A program made the position numbers and the translations under genes. DNA of 64,000 nt from Alphaproteobacteria bacterium. GTDB lineage: Bacteria > Pseudomonadota > Alphaproteobacteria > SP197. Location of the stretch: positions 4,608,001 to 4,672,000 of the forward strand of contig OZ245842.1 of NCBI GenBank assembly GCA_965228895.1, read 5' to 3'. Each line of letters opens with the position of its first letter. Positions within the stretch are counted from its first letter, which is position 1. This document shows positions 48,822 through 57,648 of this stretch, piece by piece. The notes beneath the pieces were generated by a model. That model ran no database searches, was not told the DNA's origin, and saw nothing but the letters and a program-made list of their open reading frames with translations.

Positions 48822-51197
48822 ATGGCAAGCGCGCGCGCTGAGCTGGAGAACAATTCGGATGCGATCGACCTGTTCGGCGCGGCACTGGGGCGTTGCGACA
48901 ACGGTGTCACATTGCTTGATAGTCACCAGAAGGTCATCTTCTGGAATGACTGGATGGCCAACGCCAGCAACATTGAAGCCGATCAGGCACTAGGCCGGAA
49001 TCTCAGTCAGCTTTTCCCCGAAGCCGCCTTACGACGCGTCAACCGTGCGATAGCTGCCGCACTGGAGGATCGCCAGGCATCGGTCCTGTCGCGCGCCCTC
49101 AACCCAACGCTGTTTCCGCTTTTTCATCGAACGGCAAAAGGCAAACGCGGCGGCGCCATCGAGCATCAGGCGGTCATCAAACCGCTCAATACCGTCGCCG
49201 GACGATATTGTTTGCTGCAGATCTTCGATGTGTCCGACGCCGTCCACCGCGAACGGTATCTGAAGGATCAGGCGGCGACACTCAGCCGACTGGCCGACGA
49301 GCTGACGGCAAGCGAACAGCGTTTGCGTCGGCTGTTGGAAGCAAGCCCGACAGGCGTCGCGATCATTGGCGGCGACGGTGTCATACAGTTCGCCAATCAC
49401 CGACTTGCGGAACTGTTCCTGGCCACCGCCGGCACGGTTTCCGGACGCCACATCGGCGACTTTTTTGTTGAGCCGCTCGACCTGGTCGAACAGATCGGAA
49501 AGGGCGTCGAACGGCTGGAAGTTCAGTTTCGCCGCAACGACGGATCCAATCTCTGGGCCCAGGTCACTGGCGAAGAGATTCGTTACCAGGACGCGACGGC
49601 TGTCCTGTGTTGGGTCTATGACATTTCCGAACAGAAGGAAGCCGAGCTGGTTCTGACGGGCGAACGAGACCGCGCGCAACACATCGCCCAGACCAAGACC
49701 GACTTCCTGGCCATGGTCAGCCACGAGATCCGTACGCCGTTGAACGGCATTCTGGGCATGGCCCACATGCTGGGCGACACCGGTCTGGAGACGCGCCAGC
49801 GCGAGTTTGTCGACACGATCCAGTATTCCGGCGAAGCCCTGTTGACCATCCTGAACGAAGTGCTGGACCTGTCGAAGTTCGAGGCCGGCGGCTTGAAACT
49901 GGAAGAGAGCGACGTCGATGTGCGCCGTCTCGTCGACAGCATGTTGATGCTGATGTCCGCGCGTGCCAGCGAAAAAGACCTGGACCTCAGCGCGCTGATT
50001 GAAGACGACGTCTGTCATGTGGTGGTCGGCGACGCCGGCCGGCTGCGCCAGGTTCTGCTGAACCTGATTGGTAACGCCATCAAGTTTACCGAACGTGGCT
50101 CGGTCGCTGTCTCGGTCGAGCAGCTCAGAGAAGCCGACGATGTCGTCACGTTGAGATTTTCGGTGACCGACAGCGGCATCGGCGTGCCGGAAGACGTTCG
50201 CAGCAAGCTGTTCACGGAGTTCTACCAGGTCGATCCGTCAATCTCTCGCCGGTTCGGTGGCACGGGGTTGGGGCTTGCGATCTGCCGGCGCATCGTCGAG
50301 GCGATGGGCGGTACGATCGGCGTTGACAGCACGCCAGGTGACGGTAGTCATTTCTGGTTCGAAGTTGCGCTGAAAAAGGGCGATCCCGAACGCGCGGCGT
50401 CGCCAAGGGCAGTCCGCGCCGCCGTCGCCGACGTGCCGCAGCTCAAGGTCCTGTTGGTCGAAGACAACGAGATCAATCAGAAGGTCGCCTTGGGCATGCT
50501 GGCGCGCGACAACCATGATGTCAGCGTGACAGCCAGCGGTCAGGGCGCCATCGATCACGTACAACGCCAGGCGTTTGACCTGGTCCTGATGGATATTCAG
50601 CTGCCGGGGATGGACGGCCTGGAGGCAACCCGGCGTATCCGCGCTCTGGACGATGTCGCCAAAGCGAACACGCCAATTGTCGCGCTGACAGCCAACGCCA
50701 TGCCCGAGGATGTCCAAACCTGTCTGGCTGCGGGCATGAACGATGTCTTGGCCAAGCCGATTGACCCCGGGCGGTTGAACAAGGCCATTCTGGATGTCGC
50801 TGACCTGCCGGGTCCCGCCAGCGACAATCGTGGCCCTGTTGCCGTCGTCGGCGGCATCGACTGGTCAACGATTGACGGGCTGACCGATACCATCGGCGCC
50901 GACAAACTTGTCGAACTGTTCGACCTGTTCGATACGTCCTGGAGGGAAACGCTGGACGAGATGGCGGGCGCCATCGGCACCGGCGACCGTGACGGCCTGC
51001 GGCAGTTGGCGCACCGGTTGAAGGGCAGCGCGCTCAATCTCGGTTTACACGCCGTCAGCGATGCGACGATCGCAATCGAAGACGCCATTCGTCAAGACGC
51101 GCCGATTGACGAAATCAAACCGATGGTAAGGACACTTGAAGAGCTCTGTCGCGATACACAATCGGCCCTTAACAAGGTACGCCCTGTCGGCGCGTGA
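48822..51197 (+). CDS. Cytoplasmic hybrid histidine kinase PAS-PAS-HisKA-HATPase-REC-Hpt
   Basis: SHEIRTPLNG, QVLLNLIGNAIKFT, DSGIG, GGTGLGL, LMDIQLP, Hpt AHRLKGSA; no TM segment. Confidence 0.92.
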   Translation: MASARAELENNSDAIDLFGAALGRCDNGVTLLDSHQKVIFWNDWMANASNIEADQALGRNLSQLFPEAALRRVNRAIAAALEDRQASVLSRALNPTLFPLFHRTAKGKRGGAIEHQAVIKPLNTVAGRYCLLQIFDVSDAVHRERYLKDQAATLSRLADELTASEQRLRRLLEASPTGVAIIGGDGVIQFANHRLAELFLATAGTVSGRHIGDFFVEPLDLVEQIGKGVERLEVQFRRNDGSNLWAQVTGEEIRYQDATAVLCWVYDISEQKEAELVLTGERDRAQHIAQTKTDFLAMVSHEIRTPLNGILGMAHMLGDTGLETRQREFVDTIQYSGEALLTILNEVLDLSKFEAGGLKLEESDVDVRRLVDSMLMLMSARASEKDLDLSALIEDDVCHVVVGDAGRLRQVLLNLIGNAIKFTERGSVAVSVEQLREADDVVTLRFSVTDSGIGVPEDVRSKLFTEFYQVDPSISRRFGGTGLGLAICRRIVEAMGGTIGVDSTPGDGSHFWFEVALKKGDPERAASPRAVRAAVADVPQLKVLLVEDNEINQKVALGMLARDNHDVSVTASGQGAIDHVQRQAFDLVLMDIQLPGMDGLEATRRIRALDDVAKANTPIVALTANAMPEDVQTCLAAGMNDVLAKPIDPGRLNKAILDVADLPGPASDNRGPVAVVGGIDWSTIDGLTDTIGADKLVELFDLFDTSWRETLDEMAGAIGTGDRDGLRQLAHRLKGSALNLGLHAVSDATIAIEDAIRQDAPIDEIKPMVRTLEELCRDTQSALNKVRPVGA

Positions 51198-51226
51198 TAG
51201 GGGCTGTGGATCTAGACCAGCAATGC

Positions 51227-53956
51227 TCAGGCAGAAGTCGGCGTTGTTCCTGAGAATGCCAGGCGCATCAAACCGTCGGGATCCAGGATCAAGACGATGC
51301 GCCCATCGCCCAACGTCGAAACGCCGCCGATACCTGGGATTGACGCGATACCGGGGTGGCTCTCCTTGACGTAGATGTCTCGGCGGTTGATGACACGATC
51401 GACGCTAACACCAAGCCGCCGCGGCCCCAGCGCCAACACCACGACGCGGTGCTCGCCATTGACAGCGGTCGTCGACGGCACGTTCAGCAGGTCGCCCAGA
51501 CCAACCACCGGCAGCGGCGCTTCCTGTGCGCCGCCAGCGCGTTCGCCCGCCGCATCGGGACTGACGACCTGATGAACGAAACGTTCAGGGATAGCAAACA
51601 CCTGATCACCCTGCTGCACCACAACGGTGGTTTGAATCGCGGCTGAAAGCGGCAGATCCATGATGAACCGCGTGCCTTTGCCTGAGCTTGTTCGAACCCG
51701 TATCGCGCCGCCCAACCGAACGATCGCGCGGTCCACCACGTCCATGCCGACACCACGGCCCGACGTCTCGGTCACCGCTTTGACGGTCGAGAATCCGGGT
51801 GCGAAGATCAGACGGCTGACGTCATCGTCAGCCATGTCGGCGACGGCTTTCTGGCTTGCCAGACCCAGCTCAACGGCACGGGCACGGATCCGGTCCAGGT
51901 CGATTCCCCGCCCATCATCGCTGAGTTCGATAATCACGCGGTCACCTTGTTGCTCCGCCGATAGCGCAATCGTTGCCTGCTCAGGTTTGCCGAGCGCACG
52001 CCGTTCCTCCGGGCGCTCGATGCCGTGATCAACGGCATTGCGGACCATGTGGTTCAGCGGATCCGACAGAACATCGACCATGCCCTTGTCGATCCGCGCA
52101 TCCCGGCTTTCGACGAGCACGCGAACGTCTTTCTCGTGGCGTCGTGCGAGATCGCGTGCGACGCGCGGGAAACGCTGCAGCAGCACGTCGACCGGAACCA
52201 CCCGCAAATCAAGGGCATCACCCTGGAGCAGTTTCAACGTTCGGCCGAGGTCGTCGGTCAAACCGGTCAGCCGGCCGTTCCACTGTTCGAAGCGGTTTAC
52301 GAGATCACCACAATCGATGCCCGCTTCGTCCGCCTGGCGCAGCACGCTGATCAGGGCCGGCATGAGCTCTTTGCTGCCCGTGGCGTGTTCGTAGCCCGCC
52401 TGGATGTGCACGAGATCGCCGATGCGGTTCATGAATGAGTCAAGCGCTTGTCCGGTCACCCGCACCACGTGATCGCCTGGACGCGTATCGGCCTTACGCT
52501 GGCGAGTCTGGCGTTCGCGGCCGTCACAGACATGAAACGCTGTCAACGCATGCGTCGGGTCAATCGACGACAACGCCTCTGCCAATTCGTCCTCTGGCGT
52601 GCGCATGGCGATCAACAAGCGCGTAGCCGGTTGACCATCGACATCGACAATGCGGCTGCCGATAAGCTCGCCATGCTCGGGAACCCATGCAGCCAGCTGA
52701 TCGGCAAATTGCGCATCGCTCTCCAGTTGCGCATCCAACTCCACCAATTGGATCGTCGGATCATCGGCAGCGGTACGAAGGCGGTCAGACGCATCGCCGG
52801 GCAGCAGCGCAAGAAGGTTCATGTCAACGCCAAGCGTCTGCAGCCGATCACCGAGAACCGGATCGACCAAACCGTCTGTCGCGGCGCGCAAGGCCTTGAC
52901 CAGGTCATCGGCCTTCGATGTCGGCAAATCGCCCGGCGGCTCCAGCGCAACGGTGGCGGCGATCGCCTCGGCCGCATCCAACATGAGTTCCTTCAACTCG
53001 TTGCCGATCGCGCCACGACGCAGAATGTCGGCACACAGGCGAGCGACACGCCCACTATGAGTCAGTTCCAGGAGATCGGTATGATCGGCGATGGCCTCCA
53101 TCGCGAGCGCCGGTGCATCGGGGTCGTCATCGCGGGCTTCGCCACTGAACAGGGCGGCGGCCCTGGCACAGAGTTTGCCGGTATCACCCGCGCCACGTTG
53201 TGCGACCATATCCAGCAAGACGTGACGACCGGCATCGCGCCCGGTCAGTTCCTCCAGTGTGGCCAGGCTGACGGCGGTGTCGCGCAACAAGGCAACGCCG
53301 GGTCCATCGCGGTGCACCGCACGGCTCAACCCGCGAACGCGACGGCGGAATCCGTGCAGGCCGAGCTCGCCGGCGACACTATCCAGCTTGACGAGATCGT
53401 CATCGAGCGCGCGCATGGCATCCGGCGACGACGAGGCCATGGCATCGACCAAGGCGGTCATGGTCGCCAGCACGCGATCGGCGAAACTCGCCAGTTCGTC
53501 GTCGGCTGATTCGACAGCTTCTTCGCGGGCCGTTGCCTTTACCTTATCCGGCTCGGGTTCCGTTGCCGTTGCGCCAGCCGCAGGGTTTTGCAGCGCTGCG
53601 ACCAGATCGTCGGGCGCCGGGCCATCGGCACGTTCGGCAACGGCACGCTCCTGCATCGACCGCAACGCATCGAGCGCGCGTACAAGCACGCCAACCAACG
53701 GCGCGGCCAGTACGGCTTTGCCTTCGCGCACGGGCGCCAGCGCCGATTCAGCCGCATGCGCCAAAACTTCCATGCCCGCCATGCCCATCGCCGCGGCGAG
53801 ACCTTTCAGCGAATGAAACGCCCGGAACAATGACGCAATCGTTTCGTCGTCGACCGACGCGGCGTCGAAACCACCCAGCATGGTCTCAAGCGCGTCCAGA
53901 TGCTCCTGGGTTTCGACCTCAAACTGCTGCCATAGCACTTCGGTGATATCGGCCAT
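51227..53956 (-). CDS. cheA: Chemotaxis-type histidine kinase CheA (long insert between P1 and P3)
   Basis: FRAFHSLKG, HMVRNAVDHGIE, DDGRGID, FAPGFST, GRGVGMDVV, C-terminal CheW domain. Confidence 0.93.
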   Translation of the reverse strand: MADITEVLWQQFEVETQEHLDALETMLGGFDAASVDDETIASLFRAFHSLKGLAAAMGMAGMEVLAHAAESALAPVREGKAVLAAPLVGVLVRALDALRSMQERAVAERADGPAPDDLVAALQNPAAGATATEPEPDKVKATAREEAVESADDELASFADRVLATMTALVDAMASSSPDAMRALDDDLVKLDSVAGELGLHGFRRRVRGLSRAVHRDGPGVALLRDTAVSLATLEELTGRDAGRHVLLDMVAQRGAGDTGKLCARAAALFSGEARDDDPDAPALAMEAIADHTDLLELTHSGRVARLCADILRRGAIGNELKELMLDAAEAIAATVALEPPGDLPTSKADDLVKALRAATDGLVDPVLGDRLQTLGVDMNLLALLPGDASDRLRTAADDPTIQLVELDAQLESDAQFADQLAAWVPEHGELIGSRIVDVDGQPATRLLIAMRTPEDELAEALSSIDPTHALTAFHVCDGRERQTRQRKADTRPGDHVVRVTGQALDSFMNRIGDLVHIQAGYEHATGSKELMPALISVLRQADEAGIDCGDLVNRFEQWNGRLTGLTDDLGRTLKLLQGDALDLRVVPVDVLLQRFPRVARDLARRHEKDVRVLVESRDARIDKGMVDVLSDPLNHMVRNAVDHGIERPEERRALGKPEQATIALSAEQQGDRVIIELSDDGRGIDLDRIRARAVELGLASQKAVADMADDDVSRLIFAPGFSTVKAVTETSGRGVGMDVVDRAIVRLGGAIRVRTSSGKGTRFIMDLPLSAAIQTTVVVQQGDQVFAIPERFVHQVVSPDAAGERAGGAQEAPLPVVGLGDLLNVPSTTAVNGEHRVVVLALGPRRLGVSVDRVINRRDIYVKESHPGIASIPGIGGVSTLGDGRIVLILDPDGLMRLAFSGTTPTSA

Positions 53957-53959
53957 GGC

Positions 53960-54364
53960 CTAGGTGAGTCCCAGCGCACGCCGCGCAGCCTTGAGAATGT
54001 CGTGGCCGCGCTTGGAGTCGAGATCCAGACTCAAGGCTCCGGACGGTTTACCGACAACGTCGGCCGCGCCCAAACGCCGCGCCTCGACCGCCTGTGGCGA
54101 TGCGATCTGCGCAATCGACGACACAACGATCACCTTGGCGCGGCTGAACAAAGAAAGCCGTTTCAATGCCTCGATACCATCCATGACCGGCATTTCGATA
54201 TCCAGCAGGATGAGATCGGGATCGAGCTCGCGCGCCTGCTCGATTGCCTCCGCGCCGTTCGCCGCCTGCCCCACCACATCAAAGGTCTCGTCGGCCGAGA
54301 CGAGGTCGGCGAGCACGGCACGCATCATGGTCGAATCGTCGACGATAAGGATAGATTTCGTCAT
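53960..54364 (-). CDS. Stand-alone receiver protein resembling the CheB N-terminal REC domain
   Basis: IVDDS, VGQAANG, LLDIEMPVMDG, VIVVSS, GAADVVGKPS; start ATG 54364 overlaps the cheB stop. Confidence 0.88.
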   Translation of the reverse strand: MTKSILIVDDSTMMRAVLADLVSADETFDVVGQAANGAEAIEQARELDPDLILLDIEMPVMDGIEALKRLSLFSRAKVIVVSSIAQIASPQAVEARRLGAADVVGKPSGALSLDLDSKRGHDILKAARRALGLT

Positions 54365-55425
54365 GGCGAAACCGCCTCTTCTTGCGCCGCCGACAGGGTG
54401 GACAGCCGACGAATGATACCGCCAATCGTCAACACGTCGCTCGCCGCACCGTTGTCGATCGCCGCGCGCGGCATGCCGTCGACAACACAGCTTTCCGGCG
54501 ACTGCACGAGAACCGGGAGACCTTTGTCCGCGAAAGCGCGCGCACCTTCGGCGCCGTCCTGACCCATCCCGGTCAAGATTACCGCGACCGGATGTTTGGC
54601 ACACGCCAGCGCCGTCTTCAGAACCAGGTCGGCCCACGGGTGTACCGGTTGGTCACCCGGCGTCGCATGCATGATGGCCATGGCGCCGCTGGTGTCGGTG
54701 GAAATCTTACTGTCCGTGCCGCCGGGGAGCACCACGATGGCGCCATCTTGAAGAATCATGCCGCTTTCGGCTTCGACCACCTCACGCCCGCTTCGCGTCG
54801 CAAGGTGCGTGGCGAAGTCATGGGTGAAACCGCTTGGCATGTGCTGCGCTATGACAATCGGTGGGCCACCGGGATCCAGGCCGGTGACGAACTCCGTCAA
54901 GGCCCGAGGTCCGCCGGTCGATGCGGCCACGACGATGAGATCGGGCCGCCTTCGCAACGTGACGGTCGACGGCGCCGAAACCACCTTTTCCTGCGCCGAC
55001 GGCTGCCGGCGGACCGGCGCCTCTTGGCTGACCCAATGACGTACCTTGGCTGCCAGCTCTCTCTGGATCCAGGCCATGTCCAGATCAGCCAGATCGCTTC
55101 CCTTCGCCACGACATCGACCGCGCCCAGATCAAGCGCGCGAATGGTGGCACGCGCGCCATCACGCGTCTCCGTGCTGACCATGATGACGGGACAGAGCTG
55201 GTCAGCCGCGATCGTCTTGAGCGCGGCCATGCCATCCATGCCGGGCATGATGATATCAAGCGTCATGATATCCGGGCGAATGCGGCGCGCCAGATCGATC
55301 GCCTCTTCGCCGTCACGGCCCTCACCAACAACGGAGATGCCGTCGGCCTCCAGCATCTGCCGTATCGCGATGCGCATGAATGCGGAGTCGTCGACAACGA
55401 CGGCGCGGATCGTCTCGCCCGTCAT
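54361..55425 (-). CDS. cheB: Chemotaxis methylesterase CheB (REC + esterase)
   Basis: VVDDSAFMR, ASTGGP, QHMP, LTGMGQDG, VVDGMP. Confidence 0.93.
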   Translation of the reverse strand: MTGETIRAVVVDDSAFMRIAIRQMLEADGISVVGEGRDGEEAIDLARRIRPDIMTLDIIMPGMDGMAALKTIAADQLCPVIMVSTETRDGARATIRALDLGAVDVVAKGSDLADLDMAWIQRELAAKVRHWVSQEAPVRRQPSAQEKVVSAPSTVTLRRRPDLIVVAASTGGPRALTEFVTGLDPGGPPIVIAQHMPSGFTHDFATHLATRSGREVVEAESGMILQDGAIVVLPGGTDSKISTDTSGAMAIMHATPGDQPVHPWADLVLKTALACAKHPVAVILTGMGQDGAEGARAFADKGLPVLVQSPESCVVDGMPRAAIDNGAASDVLTIGGIIRRLSTLSAAQEEAVSP

Positions 55426-56744
55426 GCCGCCCGCCCTTCCTGAAGGATACGCCGCGTGTCGACCAAGTGGATGGCGTGCGCCGATCCTGCAATCTGGCCG
55501 GCGACAAAAGGCTGGTCCGAGGTCTCGACCCGCCCCGACCCGACATCATCGATCTGACCCAGGGCATCGCACATGAAGGCGATATCGCCTTCTGGTGTCG
55601 CCATGACCGCTGCCACGCCGCCACGCCTACGCGGTGCCATGTAGACGCGATGAAGGTCGACCGCCGGCAAGGTTTCACCGTGCAGGGCGACAAATCCGTC
55701 GAACTTTGAGAGTTTTCTAGGCAGGGGCGCGAAATCCAGCGGTGTTCCGACGGCGCGTACCAGGTCAGCCGTCAGCCCGTACCACGTTTCGTTGACACGG
55801 ACGGTCAACAGCCGCATGCGATCGCCGGTCGTTGTCTCGCGTTTCTTGGCAAGCGGGAGGGTCGGGCCGCGGCTGCTCTCAACCGGTCGCTCGAACTGCC
55901 GCGCCAGGTTCTGCAGGCCAAGCCGTTCAGCGGTCGATCCGTCATCAAGATGAAGCCGTTCATCGTCACCGTCGACGACATGACGGCACGATTTGATCCC
56001 GTGCACGGCATCGACGGCGAAACCGATTTCCTGGCCAGCGGAAACAACGACCGCGACCGCGGTCGGTTGCGGCGCGTCATCGACACCAAGTTCCTTCGCC
56101 AACGACACGATCATGCAGCCATCGTCGCGTGAGCGCCCCAGCAGCGAAGGCGAACCCTCGACGCGATGAATGACCGTCGGCATGTCGGTTAGTCGTTTAA
56201 CGAGTTGAGGCACAACCGCAAACGTCCGGCCCGCGCATTCGAGGATCAACCTGTCCTCGATTACGGTCATATCGTCATCGCGTCGAGCCTCCGCGATACC
56301 CCAGGCCGGCTCGTTGATCTGTCCGTGGCGCTCGACCTGCGGCTCAAATGTCAGGGCCTCGGCCACAACCACGCGATACGCTTCGCCACGATACCGCACA
56401 TGGCCATCAAACAGGTTCGAGGTAGCCGTTTCCTGCTCGCTTGAACTGGCAACCCTGTGACGCGACACCATTGTCTCGACGGCCGAGACGCTCATCGCCG
56501 TGCCGCCCGCGCCATTGTCGACCAGGATAAGAAGATCGGCGTTGCCGGTCTCGGCTTGCGGGTCGAGACGCCGCGCCAGACTTTGCTGTGGAACGGCCTT
56601 GATGAATGCTGCGGAGACCCCGTCGACATAGTCGGGTGCGAAGGGTAGCGGCGCCACACCGGCCCTCGGCGCGATCCCCAGAACGCAGGACGCTCGCAGG
56701 GCATAACCTTGTCTGGCGTCGCGAAACAAGAGGAACGCCGGCAT
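55422..56744 (-). CDS. cheW: Scaffold protein with three tandem CheW-like domains
   Basis: Three ~130-aa units each with CheW-like pattern (PLPFAPDYVDGV; IGFAVDAVHGI; PLPRKLSKFDGFVALHGETLPAVDL); located between cheR and cheB. Confidence 0.75.
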   Translation of the reverse strand: MPAFLLFRDARQGYALRASCVLGIAPRAGVAPLPFAPDYVDGVSAAFIKAVPQQSLARRLDPQAETGNADLLILVDNGAGGTAMSVSAVETMVSRHRVASSSEQETATSNLFDGHVRYRGEAYRVVVAEALTFEPQVERHGQINEPAWGIAEARRDDDMTVIEDRLILECAGRTFAVVPQLVKRLTDMPTVIHRVEGSPSLLGRSRDDGCMIVSLAKELGVDDAPQPTAVAVVVSAGQEIGFAVDAVHGIKSCRHVVDGDDERLHLDDGSTAERLGLQNLARQFERPVESSRGPTLPLAKKRETTTGDRMRLLTVRVNETWYGLTADLVRAVGTPLDFAPLPRKLSKFDGFVALHGETLPAVDLHRVYMAPRRRGGVAAVMATPEGDIAFMCDALGQIDDVGSGRVETSDQPFVAGQIAGSAHAIHLVDTRRILQEGRAA

Positions 56745-56750
56745 CCCACG

Positions 56751-57641
56751 TCAATCCAGTTTTCGGTAAATGACGGCGTTATCGGCTTGGCAGCGCTCGT
56801 ATCGCTCGGCATCAGCGATTCGATCGGTGACGCCCAGCAGCAACAAGCCACCTTGCGCCAATGATCGGGTCAACAGGTCCTGTGTATGCGCCTGGCCCTC
56901 GTCTTCGAAGTACATCATGACATTGCGGCACAAGACGATGTCAAAGTCATCGCCGGGCGGGCGGTCACCCATAAGGTTGTGCTGGTGGAACCGAACGAGC
57001 GCGGAGAGTTCAGGGCGCACGCTCTTTCGGTAGGGCTGCGCACCATCAACGTCTGAAAAGTAGACCATGTTTTCAGCTGGCATCTGCCTGAACGAGTCGA
57101 GTCCCGGCCCACCATAGACACCATCCCTGGCCTTCTGGATCATCTGCGTGCTGATGTCGGTACCCAGAATATCAATGGCCCACGCTTTGGAATCCAGGCC
57201 GGCCTGCAAGAAGGCACGCAGCACAAGAATGGCGAGGGTATAGGCTTCTTCGCCGGAAGCGCATCCAGCCGACCAGATGGCCAGGCGGCGGTCACCAGAC
57301 CGATCACGCTCGTCGATCAGCTCGGGCAGGCCACGCACGCTCAGCATGTCGAGCTGCGCGGGATCGCGGAAGAAGAAGGTCTCATGAACAGTGACGCCCT
57401 CGACCAGCGCCAGCCATTCGGGATCGTGGTCCGATCGACTGACCATGCGATCGACCCAGTCGATGGCCTCGTCAGGCGAGAACCGGGCGACGGCCGAGTT
57501 CAGTTTACGCATCAACAGTTCGTCGCGGCGAAAGCCGCAGCGTTCGCGAAGATCAGCAAACAACCGCTCTGCGCACGCCTCCAAACGACCGTCTGGCATC
57601 TGCAGGCCCGGGGTAGCCACGCTTGTCATCATTTCCGGCAC
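56751..57641 (-). CDS. cheR: Chemotaxis methyltransferase CheR
   Basis: VHETFFFRD, WSAGCASGEEAYTLAI, GTDIS, CRNVMMYF; no TPR tail. Confidence 0.93.
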   Translation of the reverse strand: MPEMMTSVATPGLQMPDGRLEACAERLFADLRERCGFRRDELLMRKLNSAVARFSPDEAIDWVDRMVSRSDHDPEWLALVEGVTVHETFFFRDPAQLDMLSVRGLPELIDERDRSGDRRLAIWSAGCASGEEAYTLAILVLRAFLQAGLDSKAWAIDILGTDISTQMIQKARDGVYGGPGLDSFRQMPAENMVYFSDVDGAQPYRKSVRPELSALVRFHQHNLMGDRPPGDDFDIVLCRNVMMYFEDEGQAHTQDLLTRSLAQGGLLLLGVTDRIADAERYERCQADNAVIYRKLD

Positions 57642-57648
57642 GTTTGCC

